From Patellaria atrata CBS 101060 (lineage: Eukaryota), in NCBI GenBank assembly GCA_010093705.1, contig MU006094.1, forward strand, positions 172,020 to 236,019: 64,000 bases of DNA, given 5' to 3'. Below, piece by piece: positions 1-12,002 of the stretch. The notes below the pieces were generated by a model. The model was not told the DNA's origin, did no database searches, and saw nothing but the letters and a program-made list of their open reading frames with translations. The position numbers were made by a program, and so were the translations under genes. Each line of letters starts with the position of its first letter. The first letter of the stretch is position 1.

Positions 1-3000
1 TGTGAAGCTCTCACAATCCACAATAGAAGATCTTCCGTGCGCGGTGAATTGGTTGAAGCATCAAACTCGGAGAAATGACAGCGTCTAAGATGTTCCAAGG
101 CATCTTCTTGTGAAGGATAGTTCCAATGCTGAGTACAGTGCAGGCATTCGAATAAAGCAGTTGTCGGTTCAGGAGTGGGTAGACTTGCTATGTTATTTCT
201 CTTCTCAGTCAGGTCAATAATCATCCAGAAATCATCTTGTCCGCGAGTCTCGCCTTGCATATAGTCATAGAAAATATTTTCAAGTAGCTTAAGTCAATCT
301 TAGTTTCCGATCATACAATGCTAAGATGGATGCTCACCACTGCTATTGTTTGATAAGAACCCCAAACCTTTCGTAGCAGTGTATGGGAGCACTGCAGTGA
401 AACGAAGAGGTTCGTTAATCCAAAAATGGTATGGAAAAGGCGATTCAGAAGACGAATCAGCTCTACCCGTTCGCGCTCTATTTTTGGATCCTGTGAGAGA
501 GGGTTATAAATGATATAGGAGTCGGTCGATCCACCCACACTAGAAGGCGTTTGCCCTTCGGGTACTATGTGCATAGTCTTGAGAGAATTCTCGCTTGTTA
601 AATATGGATACTTGGCTGTAAGTCCACTCAATTCAAACTCTTCAATGCTCTTTATAGCAAGATTTTTTGATGATGCCCTTTCTATTCGAAACCTGATGTC
701 AGTAAGTATACTTTGGACGCACTCGGATCTTTGTCTGCTTCGCTCTCGAGCTCGTTGAGCTACATTCTCTACGTTATAATGCTTTTGGGGTAATGCAGAT
801 GAATATAGCTCGACAGCAAAATCTAAGAAACGACGAGAGATATTGATATGACCCGTAAGTTCCTCACTTGTTGAGTAAGTACACGCAAATGCACCTGAGG
901 AGCTCTTGAGGTATGTATCCGAATTTGGAGAGATCGCCAATTCGAATATTTTCTCCCTTCGAAACGCACTAAGGTCTAAATTCTCATCCGCTAAACCTTT
1001 CAAGTTGTCTTCTGGTAACATTCTAGGTGGGACTAAGAAGTCGAAAACATTGAAATGGCAATCTGGGGTTTCATGGCGACTCTGTCTTCCCTCTGTTGCG
1101 TGGTCCTGTGAGTTACTGGGTACGGCATTTCCCACTGACTGCTCTTTTAGGATTACGTAGTGATAAGCCAATCTTTGGAAAAGGAACGAGTGACAATATC
1201 GCCAGCTTTCATCAATATTGTAACTATATTGTAGCTGTATTGAACATAATAGGTCTTTCATACGCGTAGACTCGGTCATCTCTGACTCCGTTGATCTTGA
1301 TGAGACGTTGAAGTGGGACGCATTCAGTCTTGAGAGTTCCGATCGCACTTTCATCTGATGAGCGTGAACTTGATACAGGAAAATGTACCAGATATCTGTA
1401 CGGGCCTGCGATAAGACCGTCCTGGTATTATCCCTATGGGTCACAAATTAATTTTCGAATACACAGGAGAGGAAGAAAAGCAAAATAGGTCGCCCATGTG
1501 CAATAAAACATGATTTCGTGAATTTTACCTTTGTCCCGTTCCCACCCAAAACCCGGCACTCTCTTCTACTTCTTTCATCTTCATAGAGTACAATTCACTT
1601 TCGCATCGAGCGCGATTCGGAGGATAAGGCACGTTTCCGCACAAAGCGCAGCGCGGTAACCAGCTCCAGATATCGAAAGGCCAGCTTGTGTCGATCTCAA
1701 CGGCGTCAAGGTCATCGTAGAGGTTGTCGTAAGGTAGCGGCATTGAAGAGACCCATGGTAATCTTGTATCAAATTCATTCGGAGTAGCCAAAGATAACAA
1801 ATTCTGGGATCCTTCCTCTCTTTCGGATGGTAGATCGCAGTCAAACGTGCCATAAATTCTGGTGGAGAACTCACTCTGAGAAGTATCGGGTTGCGAGTAT
1901 AGGTGATAACCAAAAGGATCTAGTATATAAGGTATAGGTGGTGACGGACGTGATATAAGCTACAGTAGAATATTTGAGAACAAGAGACGTTATCAAATAT
2001 AACAAGACTTACCAATATATTTATGATTCTAGATCCTTGAGTTTGTAACAGCAACGGCCATGTCCGAGGTGAGATAACCTTCCCGGATTCTGACATTAAA
2101 TCTTTGTGATCAAAGAAATTATCGAATTGTTCACCAAAATAGGAGGCCACAAGATCCGCAAATTCCTACGACATAATTAGTGGCAGAATGCTGAAAAGAA
2201 ATGGTGGAGGACAACACTAAGCATGGTGAAAACTCAGTCTACAAAACACTAACGTTTAGTCGGAAGATGTTGCACGCATGATTATGATATTGTTGATCTA
2301 TCTAGCGTTACTTCGTCGACGGATGTCCGTAGACGGAGTCTCGCACAAAGCGCGATTATATCTTGAGCGGAGGTTTACTTCAAAAGGTGCTCGTGCCGTT
2401 GAAGAAGTGGTATAGAAAAGTTATCACTTTCCATGAAATACAATAGGACTAAATGGCACCACACACTCATCCAAAGGCAGAATGCGCTCTATATATTGGG
2501 TTTGATTAAAATTACAACTTACAGAGTAGGTGGGCATTAGCATTATATCAAGAAAGACCTGACGATTATCCGCATCTACAACTCTAGCATAGACAGGTAA
2601 CTGGTCGGAAGCAGGTTTGGTTGGCATGAACTTTACGTTCACTCCCATAAGCCCAGTGTGCCCTCTCAGTGGCAATTCTGAACAGGTAAATATTGTATCT
2701 AAGGTAGATAAGAATAGCTTAACCCAGAAGGTAAAGAATGAACTCACAGGTGTCACCGGATCTGATAAGCATCACCCAAAGTTGAGGAACGAAGATAGTA
2801 TCTGTATGCTCCGAATTATCATATCTGCGAAATGCAAGATCCATATCGCGATTCTGCAATGGCTCGTCCGGATATAGTGCTTGGAGCAGGGTCCTTGTGT
2901 GTTGAGAACTACCCCCACTACTCTGGAAAAGGTTTTTAGTAGATTGGAATGATAGATAAGGGAATGAGAAGAAGGTTGCTGTATTAACAACACTTCCAGT

Positions 3001-4371
3001 ACTTTCGGTCCCCGAGTCATTCTCCGTCATAAAAGCGCCCGGTTCCATAAAATCACCAGTCATACCTTCTTTCCAGAACTTACGACGAACCATTTCCAAG
3101 TGTTTCCGAGCGAGGATGGAGCAATTCTTAGCAGAATATTCGAATACAAAATGCTTTTACAGTCAATTTACAAGGCAGAGCGACTAGATGAATAGTATAT
3201 ACCTGGAACTCATCAAAGTTCATGATGCTCCTTTGAAGATGGCTACCGCAGTTAGGACACTATCAAGTGATTATTATATGGGACTTTATCCGAAACTTAC
3301 AGCCATCTTGTCTGTATGCTCTGTACTGTAGCGTCATTAAATGGAGGCCCATCATAATGAAAAACATCTATGTATTGGCCAATTGACCAAGTTTCTGTTG
3401 ATGTGGCGAGTGCGACAATATCCAATCTTTCAATACCCTGCTTATTCCATAATACATTATTGGTAGGAACTGAAACACGAGATATTATATTTGCGTTCGA
3501 GGTACGAGACGTATCTCGACTTGATCTTTTCGATAAAAACAATTCAAGGTCATTAGGCGGGGTTAAAGCAACGGATTTTGCTTCGTTATCACGTTGTTCG
3601 CCACTATTGTATTCGATAATGGGTCGATGTTCAAAATTAACTTGAATGGAATTGATCGATCCTCAGTAAATAAAAAAAAGAGGGGGGGAAAGAGGGGGTA
3701 GGTACCTCTCTTAGAATATCGATTGACAGATATATTGGGGGTGGAAGACGAGGCGGAAAATGGGTTTTTGTCAATAGACCAGGATCTCGACGGGTGCGAT
3801 TCGACTTTATCGGCGAATTTGACTGTAGTGGATACTGAAATAATGCACAGTTAATGATGTATAACATCACACGAGGTGGCTGAATACTAGGTCTCTGCCC
3901 ACCTTGGTTTTTGCTCTTTGATTTCTGGGTACTCTCCCCGCTATTTAAAGAGCGTAAAGGCGCTTTGATCGGGAAAGGAAGTACACTGATTGTTTCAGGA
4001 CTTGGTGGACGACCTGATTGAGGACTGAGTTGAGGACTAGGTTGAGGACTAGGTTGAGGACTAGGTTGAGAACTGGGCTGAGGACTAGGCTGAGGACTAG
4101 GTTGAGATCTAATTTGAAGACTAGGTTGCAGACTTTGTTGAAGATCGGATTGAAGTGATAGTTGCGAAGTTCCCCGAGGACTAGTTTGAGGGACAGGTTG
4201 AAGAATCGATTGTGGACTATTATCTGGTCCCAGTAAGACTTGATGAGACGAATCGGCGCAGTAACTCATACTCAGGTCTTCAAAGATGGCTACCGATTCC
4301 TCGTCGGAGTTGTAATCGGTAACAAACGCTGCTCGAGAGGATTCTGGAATGCTACGCGTAGTCAATAACAT
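1..4371 (-). CDS. Large multi-exon hypothetical protein that runs off the window start; resembles N-terminal parts of fungal CorA-like-domain proteins
   Basis: Chain of minus-strand ORF pieces (3637-4371, 3297-3542, 2719-3099, 2424-2756, 311-1444) separated by GT..AG segments. Motifs FFSFPY, RTLLQALY, VPQLW and, below ~290, a CxxC..HL...H stretch (ECLHCTQHWNYPSQEDALEHLRRCHF). Exons between ~1450 and 2420 could not be resolved, so decay is possible. The family call is from memory. Confidence 0.45.
4019..4106 (-). repeat. 12-bp coding tandem repeat encoding (PSPQ)n
   Basis: About 7 copies of TGAGGACTAGGT-like units; translation QPSPQPSPQPSSQPSPQPSPQPSPQ. Confidence 0.85.
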
Positions 4372-4973
4372 GGTTAATGTACCTTCACTGGAGAAAATTC
4401 ATCGCACCTGGACATCTTGAGCTTAAGTTCGTTAGCTACTTAATTCGATGGATGTTTGATTTGTGCCTGAGATTTCCTTCCAATTGAGTGAGTTAAGAGA
4501 AGACTGATAAGGCTGGAACACGAGGAAAAGGTCAGCAACACTGATGTTTGCTCATCGAAGTTGCTCAAGTACTGTAAGACGTTCGTCCTGAGGGCTTCAA
4601 CCAATGATGTTCAAAAGTTAGACAGGGAATATGTATCGCAAGGCTGTGCCGAGCGGGCTGCAGGTGCGCGAGGAAGAAAGTATTGCAGTATGTGGTGCAG
4701 CATACCAATCTAACAATACACATCACAATCGACGCATATTGGTTCATCCTATGCATGGGAGCGTAGAGCCTAGGGTTTGGAAAACACTGAATTCTTCCGG
4801 ATTTCGAGAGCCATTGCCGACGTTTGCCATCTCAGCCTTGTCCAGCTATCCTTCTAATAAACAATCTGTCGTCAGCATGCGGCTCGTTGGACTCCCTGGG
4901 ATACTATCCTTGTACGATAACCTGATGTTTGCAGCTAAATAGTTAAGATTTTCGGGGAATGATGCTATAGAAA

Positions 4974-7571
4974 TCATATCGGCAGCCCTTCTCCATCATC
5001 CTTCACTTCAGAAGTACCAGCCAGAGTGCCGTACACCCTCACCGGGACCGCAACTTCGAAACTCTCCACAAATAACCTCTCTACCGGGGCCCAAATCTCA
5101 CCTCGATCATCTCTACTCGCTTCTTCAAGTAGTTCTCCCCATTCTGTTTCATATCCAGCCTCACTCGTAAGTCTTGGAGTTACGAACTCGATTCTAACCT
5201 TCCACTCGAGGCTTATTCCGCTAGTGATAAATTCTGGAGTCGCATTTGGTGGGATTGTGGGCGAGAAACTTAATCGACGAGCGAAAAGAGCATTTTCGGA
5301 AGCCGATGCATGTATTCTCCGCGTAACACGATGGATGCTAGATGCGGAGCGCAGTGCTATAGCTGGATCGACACGTTCAGAAGTCTCTAGAGCAAGGGAT
5401 ACGGAATAACAAGGTATATCAGCATTGGTGAAATCTACCACCGCGGAAATTGTCTCGCCTAACCGGTATGCCGGACGGGCAAGCATGATGACGGCAACGC
5501 GACGGCCGCTCCGGGCAATTTCGAAGCGGTTCGTACTCTGGTTTGAGGATGTGCTTACGTTACTACGCAGGATAGCTAAGTCAATGGCTTCTTTCATGGA
5601 CTGAGGCTCTTCAAGCACGGAGAGACGACGGGGTCCACTTTCAGTAGGGGACAGGAGGCCCATATTGGGGTTTTGAGGTGGTCTCTCTAAGAGCTTGTCG
5701 GCATAATCTAGAAATTCTGAAAAGCCCTGTTCCGGTGTCGGTGCAGGTTTTGTAAAGCTTTTCTTTTGCATAATATTAGTTCTCGCGGGCTCATCAATAA
5801 TAGCAGTTTGAGCTTGGTCACGAAGGATAATGTATGGCGACATCAAATCGTGACCGAGTATTTCTCCTCTACCTTTATTAAATTAGCAAAGAGTGCACAA
5901 AGGAAGGACACTATATGTACCTGTAACACTACCCAAGATTCGAAAGGGGATGTTAACATGCTTAACATGTTGCTGATCCCGACCTGAACTTGGTCGTTGG
6001 GTCCCGATAGTGAGATGATAGGAGATCTTAAGGGCTCTACCCTTGTGAGTTGGTGGTAGCCCTCTCGGTAATGTAAAGCTATAGCTATAGCTGCGACTCT
6101 CTCCAGGAGCTAGCCTTAGGTCGACAAAAAGTATTGACTGAGGTGTCGATAGAAGAGGAACTGTCTTTGCACTCGCGATTCCCTTCATCTCTCGCATACT
6201 GCTCAACTCACCACCGCCTAGCAAGCCGCCCAGAGACTCGCCAATATTTCCCCATCCGAGAGCCCCAAACAACCCGCTATCTCTTTTTGACCTTTCCACG
6301 CCAACAACACCTCCACCTGCCTGGCTCCCTAAAACACCTTTGCGTTTAACTTCCTCAAACGGTGCTTGATTGACAAGGGATCCATCTAGGGTGAATGATC
6401 CCATAATTTGAGCATAGCCCATCATCAATGTTTCTGGCTCCCGTCTTATATTTGACGCATTTAAATGTGATTCTCGTCGTGAATGCCCGTCTCCACCAAG
6501 TAGTCTCACTGATGAAGCTGGAACATATTCCGAGGCTAATGTTTCACTCGAATGGTTACTCATAGAATAAAATTCTACGCTACTGCGAGGGGTTCCGTTC
6601 ATGCTTGACCCAGAAAGAATTCGAGCCACAGGGGACAGCGTTTCTGTGTGAGCAAGCCCAAGTCCAATTGCGGAACTTGGGACGGGCTGCTCTCCCTGTG
6701 TTTTGGATGAGAATTTGTTGGTGAGAGTTCCACCAGGGGATACTGCGGAATCCAAGACTTGGGGCTCGCCGAGGTTAACAGTATCTGAGGGCGGCTCAGG
6801 AGGAAATTTGAACGTAGATGGGATAGGTCCAGACAACCCTCTTGTTATTACCGGTATACTAGGAGTATTCAGTGCAGTCGATCTACCTTGCATACGCCGA
6901 CTAGGTTGAGGGGGCAGAGAGACCTCATTTTGGGAGTCTGGGAGCGAAAATGGTGCACTATTGAGCGGTAAAGATTTAGGAGGAAATCGGAAGGGGGGCG
7001 ATGCTAATGAAAATCAGATATAATATCAGAATCCAAAGCAAAAAAACTGACCTTGCTGTCCTATAAACGGGCTTGTTGCGACTTTACCAGGTACAACCTG
7101 TAAGCTTGCAGAACGGCCATGACCTCGCATTGGCCTTCGGGCAGTGGTTGTAGATATACTCCTTGCATGACCCTCATCACCGATTATATCAGTACCCATA
7201 GAAAGTATAGACAGCGACCTGCCATGTCTATGTGCACATGTTGGGGGTACATTCTGGGTAGGAGGGGCTGGTGGATGGCCATTAACGGCGCTTGGTGTAC
7301 TCAATGAGAGTGTAGGCCGATGGCCATGCTCTGGTACGGAGGGTACTTGGGAAATAAAGGAGGAATTCCTGGATATGGCGAGCTTTGGAGTATTTTGTGA
7401 TGCAGTGAATTTACGCTGACGCTCTCCGTTCGATTTGGATCCACGAACTGGCGACCTTGAAGACCCCGGTAGAGGCGCTACATTCTTGAATGTTATTGTG
7501 CATTGAATTTCTTCGCCTGCAAATACAGTAAACTCTTTCCATTGAACAAATACTCGAATATCCGTAGACAT
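4974..7571 (-). CDS. RGP1: Rgp1-family protein (Ric1-Rgp1 Ypt6/Rab6 GEF subunit), about 3 exons
   Basis: ATG 7571 MSTDIRVFVQW..VFAGEEIQCTITFKN; ETLMMGYAQIMGSF; PLLSTPQSILFVDLRL; LPRGLPPTHKG; YRLGETI; ATPEFITSG. Introns at ~7004-7051 and ~5870-5920. Confidence 0.88.
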
Positions 7572-7977
7572 GATCGAGACGAAAAGGTAGATGGCCGTCC
7601 CGTAGCTCTCCGCGAAGAGAGGACCTCGAGGTTCATTAGCGGAGATAGTCACACGAGATGTGTCTTGAGGCTCGCATCCTCAAATCAAAAGATATAGTCT
7701 AAATGATAGCAGTCGAATTTCCAGTCATTGAGGCTCAAATACAAGCGACACCGCGGCCATGGGTTCGGTGTGATTTGCAGTGCTAGAGGATTGACGTTGA
7801 ACTTAGAATTATCAATTTGGTAGCTAGTCAAAAAGCGGTCATAGAAATACTTTCACATGACGAAAAGAGTCAATCCTTGAACGAAGGTTTCAACTAGATA
7901 TCAGATACTATTGTTATACACATGCAAGAATTGATATCTTGAACCTCTATAATACAGTGATGCAGTCCATTTCGGTC

Positions 7978-8925
7978 CTAATCGCTCTCACCCCACGGGA
8001 TATGCGCGTTGTCTTTGGGCGGTCGCTTTGCGACATTTGGCTGCTGCCGTGTCCTATGCGTCTTCCACTTAGGCGGGCCTCCGAATTCGGATTTGCCAAT
8101 ACCCTTTATTCTCCATTTCTTTGGAGGTTTGGTCCCTAGTTCCGCTAAATTTGTCCATACCCTCTCTCCACGCTTCTCCCAGCGTTCCCTTCTATCCTCC
8201 TCTTCCTCTGCCGATGGCCTCCACTTGCTTTTCAGAATCCGTCTGATCGCGTCAGGAGATATTTTGAATTCTTCTGCGAGAACAGGCGTAGTGAACTTGT
8301 CCGGATATTTGGCGTGCAATGCACGGATCCCCTCGAGTGCGTCAGGTGAGAGTCGTTTTCGTGGTGCCCAAGACTCATCTTTGAACTTTTTATGAAGGCC
8401 TTCTTTCTGAATTTGCCATGGTTCCCTTTTAAATTTTCTAACGTGGGTATTGGTGTCGGGCGATACTTTGGTTGGCCGGGATTTCTGAATTGGACTTTTC
8501 TTCGCATTGGAATCCCGACGTTCTTTCGAATGCTGGACACTTGGGGAAGTCTGACTTGATACTACTAAGGAACTCGAGGTTTGTAAACCGTCATTGTCCT
8601 TCGTAGAGGTCATGCTTGGCGGTGATGGCACTTCTGATTTAGATCTGCTCTCATCAGACACGCTACGCTCAGGGCGCCCTCTCAAGAGCTTCCTCCCATT
8701 CTCTTTCGAATATCCTTGTGTATCCTCGACTATCAGTTCGTCTCTCAACTGCGCAAGAGCTGTATGCGAGCACCGTCGTGGGAAGTTGTATGGTTTGGCG
8801 ATATGTAGTTGACGGCCGACACGAGCAGGCTGGGTAAAGAAGTGAGTAGCAGTCCGAGCAGACAGAGTGCTCGAGGAACTAATGAAGAACTCTAACACCC
8901 GTGTTGAGCAATGCAGACAAAACAT
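7978..8925 (-). CDS. RRG9: Mitochondrial Rrg9/neugrin-family protein
   Basis: [51 protein letters not shown] motif; N-terminus resembles a presequence; single exon. Confidence 0.88.
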   Translation of the reverse strand: MFCLHCSTRVLEFFISSSSTLSARTATHFFTQPARVGRQLHIAKPYNFPRRCSHTALAQLRDELIVEDTQGYSKENGRKLLRGRPERSVSDESRSKSEVPSPPSMTSTKDNDGLQTSSSLVVSSQTSPSVQHSKERRDSNAKKSPIQKSRPTKVSPDTNTHVRKFKREPWQIQKEGLHKKFKDESWAPRKRLSPDALEGIRALHAKYPDKFTTPVLAEEFKISPDAIRRILKSKWRPSAEEEEDRRERWEKRGERVWTNLAELGTKPPKKWRIKGIGKSEFGGPPKWKTHRTRQQPNVAKRPPKDNAHIPWGESD

Positions 8926-9344
8926 ACGTAAGAGGATTGATCGTGTTGGGATGAAGTGAATTGAACTGGGACAATACTTTTTCCTTCATTAAGGTAAGGA
9001 ACCGAAAATACTTTGCCAAGAAGTTACTGGCTCGCGCGCATATCGATATCTTTAGAGAGCCGAAATTTTATATCGTCATCAGCACATATTATGCCAAATT
9101 ATCTACCCGATTTTGGCGTGTTATGATTAAATTTTAGCTCAACTTATTTTCGGAGTGTGGTAGTATTATTTTCAACTATTTATCTCCTCAGCGTGTATCC
9201 GCATATCACTTGGGAAATCCAAGGTATCTTCATCCGAGGCTAGATGGCTAATGACGCTATCGATGGCGGTATTCTGTTACATCTATCCCTCTTTGTCTTC
9301 TTGCTATCTATTTTTCATTTTACTTTCCCTGAACTACCAAGATT

Positions 9345-10878
9345 ATGGCGTGGCCAAATCCCTTTCGTAGACGTACCGAGAAAACACGAACGTACAGTAT
9401 TCGCGCATATCTATAACAAGTAGTTCGTTTGCAGCTGACTAAAAAAAAATAGGTGTTGGGGGTACACATTTGATGTCACAGATGATCACCTTACACCGGA
9501 GCAGACTTACCCTCTGAAATATACATATGATGTTCTTGCAGAAGAATGTCTTCGTAAATTGGATGAAATATCTCCTCCTCCAAGATCAGCCCTACCTAGG
9601 AATAATGACCGGTACTCCGATAAGGCGAACACGATACGATCTGAATTGAAGGATATTCGTACGGAAGGCAATGATGAACCTTCCCCCCCTCCTCCACGAG
9701 ACCTATACGCTCTCCTTCAAGATCATGCGGAGACAGATCCCAAACTCAAACAGCTCTGGACTCAGGTCAGTACGGTACCAGAATGGGTCGATTGGGCTCA
9801 AATCGGACGGGGCCAAGATGTCTTCTATCGTTATGGTGGTACCGCACTGACTGGCCTTGCTTATCAGTCATTGCTCGGTGGAATGGGTGCCGCAAGGGTA
9901 GTTGAAACTTTGGCAAGGACAGGTGGTTTCTCGACAAAGGTCGCCCGTCATAGACTATTTGAGACCACTCAACACATCCTACAATGCACAAAATCGATCG
10001 ACTCCTTACAACCAGGTGGTGAAGGTTTTGCTTCGACCATTCGAGTTCGCTTTCTACATGCAGCGGTTCGAAAGCGAATTTTGACCCTTGCAGAAACGAG
10101 ACCGGAGTATTATAGCGTTGAAAAGTGGGGAGTGCCCATTAACGATCTGGATTCTATGGCCACTATTGCTACATTCTCTGCGTCCCTCATCTGGATCGGC
10201 TGGCCACGTCAAGGAATCTTCTTACGTCGACAAGAAATTGACGATTATGTTGCTCTGTGGCGATATATAGCATACGTAATCGGCTGTCCAGCAGACATGT
10301 TTGAAGCACCCGCCAAAGCAAAAGCAGTGATGGAGACACTTCTCTATTATGAAGTCCAACCTACGGAGACCTCGAAAATATTGGCAAGCAATATAATTAA
10401 GAGCTTACAGGATCGAGCGCCGAGTTTTGCTTCCGCAGATATGCTCGTTGCTGGCGCACGCTGGTTGAACGGTAACGAACTGATAGACCGACTAGGGCTA
10501 CCAAGGCCAGGGCTGTACTACTGGGCTTTAATGGCTGGTCAATGCCTGTTTTTCATGTTCATGTGTTACTCTTACAGACTGGTGCCTTCATGGGATCGGG
10601 AGAGAGTCAAATGGATTAAGAAAATATTTTACCAGATCATCGTCGAAAGTAAGTTCGGTCTCAAAGGCAAGGTATCCGCGTTCGATTTCAAGTATGTTCC
10701 GGAGTATTCGACCATTACGGAGATGGGTGAGTCTGAAAAGGCCGAACTCAAGTACCCAGGAGTTGAAAGAAGAAATTTAAAAGCATTATGCATCGGCCTT
10801 GGTGTATTATGCTGTGGAGTCTTTTGTACTGTCAAATTGGCCACCGGATTCTTCCATATCGTTGGCCGTCCATGGTAG
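9345..10878 (+). CDS. ER-bound oxygenase, MpaB/rubber oxygenase (Lcp)/DUF2236 family
   Basis: ATG 9345, intron ~9392-9452, then WGYTF; VPEWVDWAQIGRGQDVFYRY; RLFETTQH; VRFLHAAVR; WGVPINDLD; LWRYIAYVIG; C-terminal TM segments. Confidence 0.8.
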
Positions 10879-11245
10879 AATCCTCAGTTCCTCCTATAGC
10901 TTTGTTGTAGAACATGTAACACCTAATTCAACACTGCTTAACCATCTTGTGTACCCACAATATGCTCAGCGTGGTAGAGAGCCACTCATATTCAATTTGC
11001 CGATCAGTATCATTAGCACTAGTTCAAATGTAATCCTGTGCCGAGCCGACTTCAGCTGCTTGAGCTGCTAGTTTTGATACTTGATCCCACTAATCATCAA
11101 GTCTGATTCCTTTGTGAATATTCCGTCCAATGCGGTCGTGCCTGTCGTGTCATAGTATTAGATCTCTCATTGGGTGGAGCAATCATAACATTTGAGTTGC
11201 TGCTCAGACGTGGCATCTCTCTCCACATATAGGAGACCGGAGGGT

Positions 11246-11749
11246 TCAAGTCGGTCTTGCTATAGGGGACTGCTCATTGTTATCATTCTGTGTTTGCGAT
11301 CCATGCGCAGGCATCGTCCATATGTTATCCGTAATGCCTTTAAACCATGTTCGTATCTGTGGGTAGGTAAGAAGGATGTATGATTAATTGATAATGAGTC
11401 CTTACAGGATCAAACGGTGTCCTCTCACTCTTCCAATCCAGAAATAGCACGCCGTATACTAATACGACTTTTGAATATGTTAGTGTGTATTGCTTTGCAG
11501 ATGCTATTAGTTCACCAACTTACAGCCGCTGAGACCCCATTGCGCTAGTTTGACACCCTTGTTCCATTGAGGTCTTGCGTATTTCAGCTTGGCTCTCCTC
11601 CTATATCTTCTCTCCAGACGAAATTGATGTTTATGTGATAATTTGTCGAAATTCGGAGGCCAGACCTTCTTTGCTGGATATGGATTGTTTTCGAAGTCAA
11701 ATAACGGAGGGTCCTGCGCTACGGCTCGCAGTATTCTGGACGGATACAT
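11246..11749 (-). CDS. Small conserved fungal membrane protein, probably mitochondrial, 3 exons
   Basis: ATG 11749 MYPSRILRA..NNPYPAKKVWPPNF..KHQFRLERRYRRRAKLKYARPQW; spliced to VVLVYGVLFLDW and a last exon 11356-11246 ending in TGA. Confidence 0.7.
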
Positions 11750-12002
11750 GATTGAATATATTTCTTGATGATGGATGCAAACGATGGAGCTGTACAGACA
11801 GGACAGACAAGAAATCTCTTCGATTTCTGGTTCCTGACTAGGCACGCTCACCGCCCGCCCCGCCTTCACCCCACTACACAACACCCGACCTGACTGCTCA
11901 TTCTTTACTTCTGTTCATAGTCTCGAGTAGGCTAACTTCTACCGTATCGCTCACTTAGCTTTTATGCTCTTTAGTGCCCTCTTTCTTCTCTAACTTCGCG
12001 AT

